A DNA stretch of 63,558 nucleotides, filler included, from Octopus bimaculoides (GCF_001194135.2; 4 parts of 3 records of this genome joined end to end with filler, not necessarily neighbours in it); one strand, 5' to 3'. Positions 48,294-63,247 are shown, numbered from the whole stretch's first letter. Notes: generated from the sequence alone by a model not told the origin. A program made the numbers and translations.

Positions 48294-48544
48294 NNNNNNN
48301 NNNNNNNNNNNNNNNNNNNNNNNNNNNNNNNNNNNNNNNNNNNNNNNNNNNNNNNNNNNNNNNNNNNNNNNNNNNNNNNNNNNNNNNNNNNNNNNNNNNN
48401 NNNNNNNNNNNNNNNNNNNNNNNNNNNNNNNNNNNNNNNNNNNNNNNNNNNNNNNNNNNNNNNNNNNNNNNNNNNNNNNNNNNNNNNNNNNNNNNNNNNN
48501 NNNNNNNNNNNNNNNNNNNNNNNNNNNNNNNNNNNNNNNNNNNN

Positions 48545-48876
48545 AGGGCAGCGGACTTGCGGTCATGGGATCGCGGTTTCGATTCCAAGACCGGGCGCTG
48601 TGAGTGCTTTTTGAGCGAAAACACCTAAAGCTCCACGAAGTGGTGGCGAACCCTGCAGTACTCTTTCACCACTTTCTCTCACTCATTCTTCCTGTTTCTG
48701 TTGTACCTGTATTTCAAAGGGCCAGCCTGTGTCACGCTTAATCTCCCCGAGATCTAAGTTAAGGGTACACGTGTCTGTGGAGTGCTCAGCCACTTACACA
48801 TTAATTTCATGAGCAGGCTGTTCTGTTGATTGGATCGACTGGAACCCTTGTCGGCGTAACCGACGGAGTGCCAAAC
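48545..48876 (+). mobile_element. SINE family A
   Basis: Head truncated by gap; B box GGTTTCGATTCC; ends CCGACGGAGTGCCAAAC. Confidence 0.85.
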
Positions 48877-49069
48877 ACATATATATATACATATATTAAT
48901 ATATAGTCAGTAGTTCATATACCCGAGAAAGAAGGTTGTATGTTATGACCATTCAGAGAGTGGCCATTAGTTTCGCTGTATAGGCAATAATACAGCTAAG
49001 TACTTTATAGGTGCGAAACTAATGGTCACTCTCTGACCGGCCATAACAAACAACAATCTACTCACAAAG

Positions 49070-49190
49070 CTTTAGTCGGCTCGAAACTACAGTAAAAGAG
49101 ACTCTTGCTCAAGATTCCACGCAGCGGGACTGAACCCCGACATCATGTTGTTGGGAAGCAAACCTCTTACCACACAACCACGCTAACGCT
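49070..49190 (-). mobile_element. SINE family C head fragment
   Basis: GCAGCGGGACTGAACCC...CTTACCACACAACCAC. Confidence 0.7.
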
Positions 49191-49601
49191 TACTGGTACT
49201 AATATTTTAGATGTTGCTTATTCAGAAGCTTGATGTCCAGTATTCAAAAGTGTCAAAAACTGTTATTACCATTCGATATTACATATTTTCCTTTGCTTTT
49301 TCCTGTCTTCTTTCTTTCAGACTTGTGTCTCTCTCTTAAGGAAATTGCTGTTCGATCGAAATACATTCATGTATACAACGATTGGATCATTGATTATGGA
49401 ACCGACGTAGCTTTTGATTAGAGGTTGTCACCTCAATAAATAGACGGATATGTGCTGTGTGTAAACTAACACATTTATATGTAGATTATCCATCCAGCCT
49501 TTCATTCAACCAACCCCTTCTTTTTTCTATCTTTCTATATGTGCGCCTACGCGAGCATATATGTCCCGTGTGTGTATACGTGTGTGTGTGAATGTGTGTG
49601 C

Positions 49602-49661
<60 letters not shown>

Positions 49662-49890
49662 NNNNNNNNNNNNNNNNNNNNNNNNNNNNNNNNNNNNNNN
49701 NNNNNNNNNNNNNNNNNNNNNNNNNNNNNNNNNNNNNNNNNNNNNNNNNNNNNNNNNNNNNNNNNNNNNNNNNNNNNNNNNNNNNNNNNNNNNNNNNNNN
49801 NNNNNNNNNNNNNNNNNNNNNNNNNNNNNNNNNNNNNNNNNNNNNNNNNNNNNNNNNNNNNNNNNNNNNNNNNNNNNNNNNNNNNNNNNN

Positions 49891-49938
<48 letters not shown>

Positions 49939-50153
49939 CTTACACCTCTGTATATATACACATACATGCATGTATTTATAAACGTGTGTATATTCGCACG
50001 CACGCACGCACGCACGCACACACCCCTACATACACGCATACATATATGCATGAATGGTTGTATGTATATTTATATGAATCATACACAAACTCAAATACAC
50101 ATATACGTCTACGTGTGTGTATGTGTGTGTATTTATATGTGTGTCTATGTAAC

Positions 50154-50208
<55 letters not shown>

Positions 50209-53200
50209 ACGTGCTTAAAGTATTCAGAATTCGTTGCAGGTTACTAACTGAAGTCGAGAACTGTTTGAAAATTCAGACAATCAACATATATTAATATAAC
50301 ACTTCTATTGATGGTATACTCAATAGAATACTGTATTTTTTAAACCTTTAGATCTATAACAATATATGAAACAATATGATAACATAGGCATCATTAAGTA
50401 AATGAGTGGAAACATGATTAAAGGAATGTGGATATCGAGAATTATGTGGTGAAGAAAATATGTTAACTCTTCCTCTGTCCAAAGACTTTTCATAAGTTTG
50501 TCATAAATGCCCATGCTTGTTTTCATGCTTTTAGTTACTCCTTGGGCAGCATAAAGCTTTCTTTTTATAAGTCTTGCTCTGGTGGTGGTTGAAAAAAACT
50601 TGGAAAGTGTCATATATGATATATGGATGCCAAGGAAATACGTTATTTGTATCACATGTGATACATAGGACAGGCTAAGTGTTAATAACTAATAATATTT
50701 TCATTTTCAAACCCAATACGAGTGACATTTTCAATCATGTTTCAGTCGTATTCTGATCTCGTTGGTTAAGCATAACTTTTACTATACTTGTCGAAATGTT
50801 GCTGAATTAATCATTAAGTAAGTATATAACAGTGTACATTCTAAGGTATAGGTAAATATAATCGCTGATAAATTAACTAATTCAAAGTCATTCCAATATA
50901 AGGAATCGTGCCAACATTAAAAATTATCAGCCCACGTGTTTCCAAATAAGCTGGATTTCCTGGTGTTTGTTTTATAGTTTAATGGCATAGATATCAGTCT
51001 GCTGCGAGCACCTTAGCTCAGAGACAAAGTGAATTCAGCTGAGCATCAAATCATTCATAAATCTGATAGTGCTGTCGCTACTTGCAGGAATGGTGGAACT
51101 ACTTTACCCATCAGCTCTTATTTAGAGTTACATGAACTCAATGAGTATGACTTGTTTTTGCTACAGACATAGCACAATGTCAGTTACAAGATTCGAACTA
51201 TTTCCTTTACCATCGTGAGTTGTTACCTCGTACCCTATAAACACCACCATCTTTTTTTTCTCTCTCTCTCTCTAGAGAGCGCAGGTACCAATGAGCGAAG
51301 TTGTTCAGTATTAGTTCATTAAACAGACAGTATAACTAACTGATAACTGAATAGAATGCTTAATCGAGACAAAAAGAAATTAAAATAAATGCATTAATAA
51401 AACTAAACTAAAATAAATGAAAAATTAAAAAAATAATAATGCAATCAATAAATAATCTACGTGTCTTCATTTCTTTCTTTTATGTTACTGACCATAAAAT
51501 GTACAAAAATACAACACTTAACTAGTTATGTGACTGAAGACAAAAATGACAACAAACCCCAAACAGCCGCTAGAGATTATTCAGATAAGCTGGAATCACA
51601 TTGCTGAAAATCATCCGTAAATTTTATTTAATCAACGAAAGCGTTCATTCAAAAAGATATGAAATACTAGTGCTTTGCTCCTCTTTGAGAAAACGATTCA
51701 ATATTTTCCTGCAAGAGTTATATCAAGATCAAGACAAGCTGGTCAAAGCTGGTTCATTCCTAGCATAAAGTTAAACACATTGTGGATAAGCATGGATGCC
51801 AAATAAATTTTCTATCCTCGTCAAAAAAAAAACAAAAAAACTGAAAAAGATTTTCCATATCATCCTACCACCTCTCACTTCTTTTAGTCATTGGACTATG
51901 GCCATGCTAGAGCACAACTGCTAATATCGATGTCTAACATTTTCACAATGCCATACATTCTAAGTGTGTATATGATGGTGTGTGGGGGGGGGGGAGGACT
52001 GCACAGTCGATTGCATCGACCATTAGATGTTGAGCGGACATTTTATTTTTTTTTGTTTTTACTGTTTGAGCTGACACCATTAGGGCTTCATAAACAAAAT
52101 CTGTAATTTGATTTTTAATCACGGTTCGAAATCAGTTCAGTTTATTTCAAAAGAAAAAAAACAAAATAAAACAAAACAAAACCAGCAAAAATATAAAAAT
52201 CCTTCAAGACTTCCATTCCTGCCAACCATAAATAGTTTGTCATACTATCCGAGAAGAACAACACAGTACAGAGAGTAATAAGCAGAAATAGAAAATATAA
52301 CATTCACTTAACTATAGAAACGTTAATTTTTCCTCCCTATTATAATACATACATACATACATACATTCACACACATACACACACACATAATTGTATTTTA
52401 TAAGCTTAAAGCTTATAAGCGATCACTGCGCAATGACTAAAGAAAATTGTCTATTAATGGGGCATATAAGCCCTCGACAAAAAAAAAAGTAGGTTTTTCC
52501 GTGTGGGTAGGATTCGAGGGCTTATTAGACAATTTTCTTTAGTCATTGTGCGGTGACCGCTNNNNNNNNNNNNNNNNNNNNNNNNNNNNNNNNNNNNNNN
52601 NNNNNNNNNNNNNNNNNNNNNNNNNNNNNNNNNNNNNNNNNNNNNNNNNNNNNNNNNNNNNNNNNNNNNNNNNNNNNNNNNNNNNNNNNNNNNNNNNNNN
52701 NNNNNNNNNNNNNNNNNNNNNNNNNNNNNNNNNNNNNNNNNNNNNNNNNNNNNNNNNNNNNNNNNNNNNNNNNNNNNNNNNNNNNNNNNNNNNNNNNNNN
52801 NNNNNNNNNNNNNNNNNNNNNNNNNNNNNNNNNNNNNNNNNNNNNNNNNNNNNNNNNNNNNNNNNNNNNNNNNNNNNNNNNNNNNNNNNNNNNNNNNNNN
52901 NNNNNNNNNNNNNNNNNNNNNNNNNNNNNNNNNNNNNNNNNNNNNNNNNNNNNNNNNNNNNNNNNNNNNNNNNNNNNNNNNNNNNNNNNNNNNNNNNNNN
53001 NNNNNNNNNNNNNNNNNNNNNNNNNNNNNNNNNNNNNNNNNNNNNNNNNNNNNNNNNNNNNNNNNNNNNNNNNNNNNNNNNNNNNNNNNNNNNNNNNNNN
53101 NNNNNNNNNNNNNNNNNNNNNNNNNNNNNNNNNNNNNNNNNNNNNNNNNNNNNNNNNNNNNNNNNNNNNNNNNNNNNNNNNNNNNNNNNNNNNNNNNNNN

Positions 53201-53359
53201 NNNNNNNNNNNNNNNNNNNNNNNNNNNNNNNNNNNNNNNNNNNNNNNNNNNNNNNNNNNNNNNNNNNNNNNNNNNNNNNNNNNNNNNNNNNNNNNNNNNN
53301 NNNNNNNNNNNNNNNNNNNNNNNNNNNNNNNNNNNNNNNNNNNNNNNNNNNNNNNNNNN

Positions 53360-53512
53360 ATATATATATATATATATACATATATACGACGAGCTTCTTT
53401 CAGTTTCCTTGTACCAAATCCAGTCACATGGCTTTGGTCGGCCCGAGGCTATAGCAGAAGACACTTGCCCAATGTGCCACGCAGTGGGACTGAACCCTAA
53501 ACCATGTGGTTT
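53360..53512 (-). mobile_element. SINE family C 5' part, gap at its internal microsatellite
   Basis: Matches 4727-4870. Confidence 0.85.
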
Positions 53513-53629
53513 GAAAGGATTTGTTTATCGTGAAGAAAATGTTTATGTCTGTCGCACATTAGCTGACTCCCTCCATTAAATCGACATTGCCTGAATTGGT
53601 GCACTGTATACAATGTTTCAGGTGTCTAA

Positions 53630-53760
53630 GTGACTGTGGATCAACGTGAAATGGAGTGCTTTGCTCAATAACACAGTCCACCACCCGTTCTAGGAACTGA
53701 ACGGATGGTGATCTCGCAGTCGTGAGTGCAACACTCTAACCACTAGACCATGCGTGCTCA
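53630..53760 (-). mobile_element. SINE family G
   Basis: Reverse complement of the family G head. Confidence 0.65.
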
Positions 53761-54308
53761 CACAAAGAAACATATCCGTCCACATCACACACGCACGCAT
53801 GCACACACACACACACATACACACACAGAGGCATATACACAAACACATATACATACACATGCAGTGGTATACTGAGTCAAAAAACTTGAACGGCTGTGAA
53901 TGATACTCTGCTCTTGCAATTAGAATAACAAGATCCTTTACAGGTGTGTAAAATCTAAAAACAATGAAGCAGAGAAATAACTCCAATACTATCAGCAAAA
54001 CTAGTGTTAGTTTCTTTTCTTTTAATAGAGGATCTTGTCTTTAAAGGAAACTAGTGAAAAATACGCATGTATTCATTTTTAGTACGTTCCGGCAGACTCG
54101 AACGGGAATATCAGATTGCTGTTGTTTGCCGTCATCGGAGAACATCGCCCCTCTTTAGAAGATGTGTGGTCATAACACATTCGATAAAGGGAGGCTGGGT
54201 GATGCAAAACAACTGCGACCAGATATTCACGTTCGACTCTGACGAAACGTGTTGAAAGTGAACAGATACGTTATTAAACGTATATACATATATGCATGCA
54301 TATATATA

Positions 54309-54353
<45 letters not shown>

Positions 54354-55601
54354 NNNNNNNNNNNNNNNNNNNNNNNNNNNNNNNNNNNNNNNNNNNNNNN
54401 NNNNNNNNNNNNNNNNNNNNNNNNNNNNNNNNNNNNNNNNNNNNNNNNNNNNNNNNNNNNNNNNNNNNNNNNNNNNNNNNNNNNNNNNNNNNNNNNNNNN
54501 NNNNNNNNNNNNNNNNNNNNNNNNNNNNNNNNNNNNNNNNNNNNNNNNNNNNNNNNNNNNNNNNNNNNNNNNNNNNNNNNNNNNNNNNNNNNNNNNNNNN
54601 NNNNNNNNNNNNNNNNNNNNNNNNNNNNNNNNNNNNNNNNNNNNNNNNNNNNNNNNNNNNNNNNNNNNNNNNNNNNNNNNNNNNNNNNNNNNNNNNNNNN
54701 NNNNNNNNNNNNNNNNNNNNNNNNNNNNNNNNNNNNNNNNNNNNNNNNNNNNNNNNNNNNNNNNNNNNNNNNNNNNNNNNNNNNNNNNNNNNNNNNNNNN
54801 NNNNNNNNNNNNNNNNNNNNNNNNNNNNNNNNNNNNNNNNNNNNNNNNNNNNNNNNNNNNNNNNNNNNNNNNNNNNNNNNNNNNNNNNNNNNNNNNNNNN
54901 NNNNNNNNNNNNNNNNNNNNNNNNNNNNNNNNNNNNNNNNNNNNNNNNNNNNNNNNNNNNNNNNNNNNNNNNNNNNNNNNNNNNNNNNNNNNNNNNNNNN
55001 NNNNNNNNNNNNNNNNNNNNNNNNNNNNNNNNNNNNNNNNNNNNNNNNNNNNNNNNNNNNNNNNNNNNNNNNNNNNNNNNNNNNNNNNNNNNNNNNNNNN
55101 NNNNNNNNNNNNNNNNNNNNNNNNNNNNNNNNNNNNNNNNNNNNNNNNNNNNNNNNNNNNNNNNNNNNNNNNNNNNNNNNNNNNNNNNNNNNNNNNNNNN
55201 NNNNNNNNNNNNNNNNNNNNNNNNNNNNNNNNNNNNNNNNNNATGCATATACACTGTGTGTGTATGTAGTAACGTTTCGAATGCCTGAATTATCAAACAC
55301 TTTGGAATGTTTCTTCTCCCCTCCCCTCTCCTTTTCTTCTTTCTTCCATTCATTCATTTATAATATATTTATTCATATCTTAATACCTTATTGGTTTATT
55401 TCTTTGTACAACCTCTCCCCGCACAAGCACAAGGCATACATATATATATATACACTGAAGCATGTGTGCATATATACTTACGCATTTGTACACACACAAC
55501 CAATGTTTATACATACATGCATACATACATATATATGATATATATATACATATATTTGTATACACGCACATACACAGAGAAAATATGCATATGTGTACCC
55601 C

Positions 55602-55710
<109 letters not shown>

Positions 55711-56362
55711 CACACACACATATATAAATAGTCTATAGCTACACTAAGATATATTCACACACCCAGATATATACACAAACATACATGCATGCATGCAAAA
55801 GGTGAAATACATTTATTCATATCTACACATAAAACAAACATACATACAAAGCTACGTACGTACGTACCTACCTCCCTACCTACATTAACATATAAATTCA
55901 TATGTACCGTACATACGAATATAATACATACAAACATATATACTTGCATACGTACATAATACATCCATCGAAGTGTACAGTTAATAAATCTACACATTTA
56001 TTTTACAGAAACAAGTCGTATAATCGTCATAGGCCATTACAAAACTAAACTCAAAAATGCAAGAACAAAATACAAACGAAACGAAGGCCAGCAAGTAAAA
56101 TAAATAAAACAAAAGGAAAAAGAAACGAAACGAAACGGAAAAGGAATAGAATAGAGTCAGCATTTTACAACTTATTTAACGAAGCAAGCAAATTAAATGA
56201 GTGAATTAAGAAATTCAAAAGAACAGCTACGACCAGAGCATGAATAAGAATGAGAGAGCAACAATAAACGAAGTGGGCAACAAATATAATATTGAAATAA
56301 GAAATGCAAGTGTGTCTGTATGTTTGTATGTGTGTACGTATGTATGTATGTATGTATGTATG

Positions 56363-56407
<45 letters not shown>

Positions 56408-56798
56408 GTGTACGCATATATATGTATGTGTGAATGTATGGAAGTTAAATATATATTTGTATGTATACATATGTGTGAATATAAATATAAATTTATATTG
56501 CAATGTATAGTAGGAGATAAGCGTCTGTGGTTAAGAATAAAAGACTTACAGGCGTACATACATATGCGTGCATATGTGTGTATTTACATACACATGTGTG
56601 TATGCGTGTATGTGTGAATGTTTAAATGTATGTGTGTATTAAAGTGTATATATATATATATATATATGTGCATGCACACATACACACTTATACACTTGTA
56701 TGTATGTCTGTCTGTCTTACTTTTTGCTTGTTTAACTTATTGAACTGCAGCCCTGCTGGGTCACGGCCTTGAAGGTTTTAGCTGAATAAATCGGCTTC

Positions 56799-56851
<53 letters not shown>

Positions 56852-57670
56852 CATACATATATACATGTATATATATATATANNNNNNNNNNNNNNNNNNN
56901 NNNNNNNNNNNNNNNNNNNNNNNNNNNNNNNNNNNNNNNNNNNNNNNNNNNNNNNNNNNNNNNNNNNNNNNNNNNNNNNNNNNNNNNNNNNNNNNNNNNN
57001 NNNNNNNNNNNNNNNNNNNNNNNNNNNNNNNNNNNNNNNNNNNNNNNNNNNNNNNNNNNNNNNNNNNNNNNNNNNNNNNNNNNNNNNNNNNNNNNNNNNN
57101 NNNNNNNNNNNNNNNNNNNNNNNNNNNNNNNNNNNNNNNNNNNNNNNNNNNNNNNNNNNNNNNNNNNNNNNNNNNNNNNNNNNNNNNNNNNNNNNNNNNN
57201 NNNNNNNNNNNNNNNNNNNNNNNNNNNNNNNNNNNNNNNNNNNNNNNNNNNNNNNNNNNNNNNNNNNNNNNNNNNNNNNNNNNNNNNNNNNNNNNNNNNN
57301 NNNNNNNNNNNNNNNNNNNNNNNNNNNNNNNNNNNNNNNNNNNNNNNNNNNNNNNNNNNNNNNNNNNNNNNNNNNNNNNNNNNNNNNNNNNNNNNNNNNN
57401 NNNNNNNNNNNNNNNNNNNNNNNNNNNNNNNNNNNNNNNNNNNNNNNTATATATATATATATATATATATGTATTGCTGATCCCTTAATTATGTTTATAA
57501 ATATATATGAACTTTTAAATAAGTTCTCCACCAATAATGGTGCTTACATACCGATGGGCTTGGTAAAAATTATTAATTATTAATTGTTGATTTATTAATG
57601 AATTAATAAATTGATGATCCTTTACCCTTTTTAATTTGTAATATATATGTATGTTTGTATATATATATAT

Positions 57671-57790
57671 GTGAATAAAGAGCGTAGGCTCAGAACACCC
57701 AAGTCTCTTCCATTTTCCTTGAGCGTCGAACTTATATACGTTGTTTGTTGTTCTCCTCACCTATCTCTGGTTTGTGTCTTTTATTTTTGG
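57671..57790 (+). mobile_element. Degenerate Penelope-like terminal segment
   Basis: GAGC-GTAG-GCTC hairpin (57680-57691) followed by sequence alignable to the reverse complement of 19730-19875; ribozyme core lost. Confidence 0.45.
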
Positions 57791-57999
57791 AATAAGTTTG
57801 AATAAGTTTGAACACACACACACACACTCACACTCACACACAGATAGTCTGCCCGTCTATCTGTATATAATGTGTCTATGGAAAGGGTAAGTATATATAT
57901 ATATATTTATACATATATATACACATGCATACAGAAATACGAACATACATACATGCATACATACAGAAGACCATTCATAGATATGTTAATAGAAAGATC

Positions 58000-58775
58000 C
58001 AAGATGTCAGTAAACGAATCTATCGTGGATCAACAATCGGATCATTAACTCTCACTTTGAAAGATAAGCGCTTTCGATCCTGGAAGAAGAAAGAGCAACC
58101 AAATTCCTGGTGCACAAGAGGGTCAGAGACATAAGAAAAACACCAAAATACGATAACCGATGCGGACTTTGTAGAGTTAACGCTGAAGGCATCACCCACA
58201 TGGTAAGCAGATGCCTCCAAATGTTATTGCATTATTTACCGATGAGACATGATGTAGCCAAGGCATTACAATGAGATCCGTCGGGTAGATAATCTTGAAA
58301 CCAAAGAGATAAGAACCCACAGTATGGTAGAGGCCATAGCCATTCGTAATATGAAAGAGTACTGGTGGGACGTCCCAGTGAAAATATCAATAAAATGCAA
58401 ACAAAATAGATATAGTTCTTTGGGACGAAAGGAAAAAGTATGTACAGTAGCGGAAATCAGCTGCTCAGCGGATATCAACATAAAGCTAAAGATCAGTGTA
58501 AAAGAAAATATCTACACCGAAATATTGAAGAATTTACAGCTACTCCTGAAAAATTTACAGCTACTCCCGAAGAATTTACAGCTACTCCCAACCCTCAGAT
58601 TATAAGTCTAGATTTATACCTGTAATTATTGTGGTACTAGGATATATAACAAACTGCCTCAGAACCAATTTTGAGAAATTAGGCTTCTCTAAACTAGAAA
58701 GGAGAAAGCTAATTTAGATACGTACAAGACATTAATGAAACTGTCAAAAATTTGTAAAAATTGTCAAGAGTTTGG
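58000..58775 (+). mobile_element. Decayed R4/Dong-like (RLE) retrotransposon C-terminus: CCHC knuckle plus restriction-like endonuclease
   Basis: CGLCRVNAEGITHMVSRC (58161-58214), YLPMRHDVA, KEYWWDVPV..KCKQNR[PD lost]IVLWD, EISCSADINIKLKISVKENIY, RFIPVIIVVLGY; several frameshifts. Confidence 0.85.
58527..58589 (+). repeat. 21-bp tandem repeat x3 inside the RLE remnant
   Basis: GAA(G/A)AATTTACAGCTACTCC(T/C). Confidence 0.9.
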
Positions 58776-59454
58776 CATTTGAGTTTAGCAACAATATGCA
58801 TGAGAAGAGACATACACAAACTCGACAAGTCTGCATATGCACTCAAATATGCACTTAAGTATGCGCAAATCTTGTGGGTGTTTAAAATTTCAATGAAGGA
58901 GCTTTGAATCTAGTCTAGAAACCGACTCTCTCTCTCTCACACACACACTCACACATACACGCGCGTGCACACAGTTTTTGCCCCTTCTTTCACACTTTCC
59001 TGTTGTCGTTCATTATAATCTTACTTTCTCCTCCCATTCTCTGTTCACACACTACGGACCTTCATTGCAATGTCTAAAATCCTTGTCCACCGCCCCCTTA
59101 TTCCGCCTGTATTACTGCATATCTCAACATCTTCATTCTTTGGTGCCACCCACGCCTCTTTCCTCGTGTCGTAGCTCACAATCTCTTTTTCACATCTACT
59201 TCTTAGTACATTTATCTGCATAGTCTCTGTTTATCGAAACTTAATCGACTTGAGCCAACGAAAAAAGCTCTACGCATTCTCTAGACCTATTAGAAATAAC
59301 AGCCAAATAGTTTTTAAATTACATTCTGACGTCTTAAAGATTAGAATTTGTTAGGTTGTGTAATTCAAGTTAAACCATATCTGAACATAATACGGAATTG
59401 TTACGATTGGAGTGTCTTCGATTATTGATCTGCCCGAACTGAATAGACTTGGAG

Positions 59455-59525
59455 TTAATCCTCCTCCTCCTCCTCCTCCTCCTCCTCCTCCTCATCATCA
59501 TCATCATCATCATCNNNNNNNNNNA

Positions 59526-59597
<72 letters not shown>

Positions 59598-59665
59598 ACA
59601 GAAACTACAACAACAACAACAACAACAACAACAACGACAATAGTAACAACAGTAGCAGAGACAGC
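59455..59665. repeat. Compound triplet repeats (CCT, CAT, CGT, AAC)
   Basis: Direct reading. Confidence 0.95.
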
Positions 59666-60209
59666 AGTTATCACCACCGACGTGGGAGCTTCTGGATGGT
59701 TTTTGAAATAGCAACCAAATCTCCTTCAAGAAATACTAGAAATAGCACCCAAATCTCCCTGAGACCATACTCATCTGTCTTCAGACAAAAGAAGACCACA
59801 TTAGACAATGTAAAACTAGATATGCTATGCTTGAAAAGAAAAGACGAGATGGTCACGGCAGATGGTTTAAGTACCAACAGCTGTGAAAGTCCCCAATAAG
59901 GAGACCTACCTGCCAAGGCATCCGCTCTGTGGTACTTCAACCTGCTAAATATAGCAGCTAAGTTCTCCCTTGTATCACACCCCATTTAAATAATATTACG
60001 TATTTAAAAAGGAACATTTGTGATAGATAAGAAAAAAAGAAAAAAATGAATGGGTGATGCTTATGGGTAGAATGTCTTTGATTAAAAGTATGTTCTATGA
60101 AAATAGACACAGCGGAAAGGGAATCTGTATATGGTCGGTGGACCAACTAGAAACAGTAGTCGAATTTCCCTCAAATTTCCCAGTCTGCCGTTGAAGAAAA
60201 ACTATTCTT

Positions 60210-60645
60210 TTTACTTTTGGCACAAAGCCTGAAATCCTGGAGAAGGGGGCTAGTCATTCACATCGACCCAAGTTTTCAGCTGATATTTGTTTATAGATCT
60301 TGAAAAAATGAAAGGCAAAGTCAATCTTGACAGAATTTCAACTCAGGAAGTAAAGAACCGGATGAAATGCTGCTCAACATTTTGTCCGGGTGGTAAAGAT
60401 TCTTTCATGCTGTTTTCATAATAATGCGATTTCTTTCTAATGTAGGCATAATGTCTGAAATTTTGGGGTGGGACTTGTTGATTACATCGACCCCAATGCT
60501 CACCTGGTACTTAATTTATCGACCCCGAGAGGATGAAAGGCAAAGTCGACCTTGGCGGATTTTGAATGCAGAGCAGAACGAATCGAAATAAACGCCGCTA
60601 AGCACTTTCTCCAGTGCAGTGGCGATTCTGCCAGCTCATCGTCTT
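60210..60645 (-). mobile_element. Two tandem SINE family B copies
   Basis: GAAAGGCAAAGTC core at about 60310 and 60535. Confidence 0.78.
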
Positions 60646-61379
60646 AGTATAGTTACACAAAAGTGAATTATTTACAATCACCAACGAAGGGAACTCTATC
60701 TAGTCGTTCAGCGTGCTAGAAATAATGACAAATAGCCTTCAGGTGACAGAAACCCTATCATCTAAAAAACAAAAAACAAAAAACAAAAATCACAAGGAAC
60801 ATCGCATAAACAATGTTGAAAAATGATGTTATGGTCGCAGCTAAAACTTATTGTATCATAGTTGGGTTTGATCAGGGTCGGCCTGGTGTTAAATCGACAC
60901 CTAATATATTTTCGTATCACCCTTATTTATTACGATATTCTTCATAATCTTTTAATCTACCCATTTATCCTTATACCAAAGCCGCCATGAAGTTCTTTTC
61001 TCTTATTGTTGTTTTTGTTTTTAAAAAAAATGGAATTTCACTTCTTGTTGCCGACGTTTATCCTTCCGTCCTTCCTTCCTTCCTTCTTTCATTTATTCAT
61101 TTCTTCCTTCCTTCCTATCTTTCTTTCTTGCTTTCACCTCCATTCTTTTTCATATTTTATTTTAATTTTTTCTTACTAAGGAAACCTCAGGGTATTCCTG
61201 ACACTTACTGACTGATATACGAATAATTATGTGTGCCTGTGTGTCTGTGTATGCATGTATGTATGTATGTATGTATGCATGTATATATGCATGTATGTGT
61301 ATGAACTACGGGACATGTTTATATGTATACACACACATGCACGCACACACATATATATACTGTATATATATATATATAT

Positions 61380-61479
61380 NNNNNNNNNNNNNNNNNNNNN
61401 NNNNNNNNNNNNNNNNNNNNNNNTTAATTAATTAANNNNNNNNNNNNNNNNNNNNNNNNNNNNNNNNNNNNNNNNNNNN
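61380..61479. other. Artificial scaffold-joining spacer
   Basis: 44 N + TTAATTAATTAA (61424-61435) + 44 N. Confidence 0.95.
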
Positions 61480-61480
61480 A

Positions 61481-61513
<33 letters not shown>

Positions 61514-61881
61514 ATATGTATGTATGCATATACAGTATATATCTTGACAATGAAAAATGGACAGATAGCCAGACAGACAAACAGACAGAAGAAATGATAG
61601 TTGCTGAGATGATCGTGAAAGTGGAGGATATGATATAAAAAGTGATGCTGTTTGTTTAGTCTTAGCTGGAGCAAATAAAATTAAATGATTTAAACCAAGA
61701 AACACAACGAAAGGCCCGGGGCAGGGGTTGGTGATAAAATGGCAGTCGTTTGATAGTGGTGATGGTGGTGGTGGTGGTGGTGGGGATTGTGGTCACGTTT
61801 GTGAAGTTGCTGATGGCGATATCAACTAATGACCTATGATGTCGACAGTCCACTTTCTCTTCTCTATTTTCTGTTATTCTT

Positions 61882-61948
<67 letters not shown>

Positions 61949-62689
61949 CTTTCTCTCTCTCTCTCTGCATACACACAAATATATATATATGTATGTGTAT
62001 ATATATATATNNNNNNNNNNNNNNNNNNNNNNNNNNNNNNNNNNNNNNNNNNNNNNNNNNNNNNNNNNNNNNNNNNNNNNNNNNNNNNNNNNNNNNNNNN
62101 NNNNNNNNNNNNNNNNNNNNNNNNNNNNNNNNNNNNNNNNNNNNNNNNNNNNNNNNNNNNNNNNNNNNNNNNNNNNNNNNNNNNNNNNNNNNNNNNNNNN
62201 NNNNNNNNNNNNNNNNNNNNNNNNNNNNNNNNNNNNNNNNNNNNNNNNNNNNNNNNNNNNNNNNNNNNNNNNNNNNNNNNNNNNNNNNNNNNNNNNNNNN
62301 NNNNNNNNNNNNNNNNNNNNNNNNNNNNNNNNNNNNNNNNNNNNNNNNNNNNNNNNNNNNNNNNNNNNNNNNNNNNNNNNNNNNNNNNNNNNNNNNNNNN
62401 NNNNNNNNNNNNNNNNNNNNNNNNNNNNNNNNNNNNNNNNNNNNNNNNNNNNNNNNNNNNNNNNNNNNNNNNNNNNNNNNNNNNNNNNNNNNNNNNNNNN
62501 NNNNNNNNNNNNNNNNNNNNNNNNTATATATATATATATCACCCACAACGATACATACATGATTGGCATTTATACATACATTGGTATACTCACACCCACA
62601 TATACACTGGGAATTAATGCCAATCCCGGTTCACAAACCATTTTACATTGATCAAAAAGAATAATACTCTTTAATACTTTTCATCAACA

Positions 62690-63247
62690 ATGCCGCCATC
62701 CACCCCCACCATTTTCTCATCACCACCACAAACACCGCCGTCACAACTATCACCATCAGCATCAGCATCAGAATCATCCCCACCACCAACATCACAATCA
62801 ACAGCACCACCACCACCACCACCACCACAATCACCAATACCAGCGCCTCCATCTTCGTTGTTCTTCCACACTAGGAAGCCACTGCTGCCGCCATCAGTAT
62901 CAACACCATCACCACCGTCATCATCACCATCGCCATCAGTGGTATCAGCATCGCTGAGTCAAGGACGAACCACTGCGTGGTCGCTCAGTATCGGCTAAAT
63001 TTACATCATATCCAATTCTATCGTGTTTAAAACGAGCACGTTCAATATGGGGCCCGGCTTTTCACGTAGTAAAAAACAAAAACGTACCTTGTTCTTATGT
63101 TTGCCTGATTAATGATGGCTTGGCACTAAACAACAACAACGTCACTACCACTACAACCACCGCAACCACATCCAGCAACAACAGTTACAATTATCTACAT
63201 CACCATCCTCCTCATTCTCATCCTCATCCTCATCCTCATTCTCTGTT

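Noticed and set aside
54236-54262. CTGACGAAACGTG as a hammerhead
   Set aside because: Stem II is absent and no cleavage-site or stem I pairing can be drawn.
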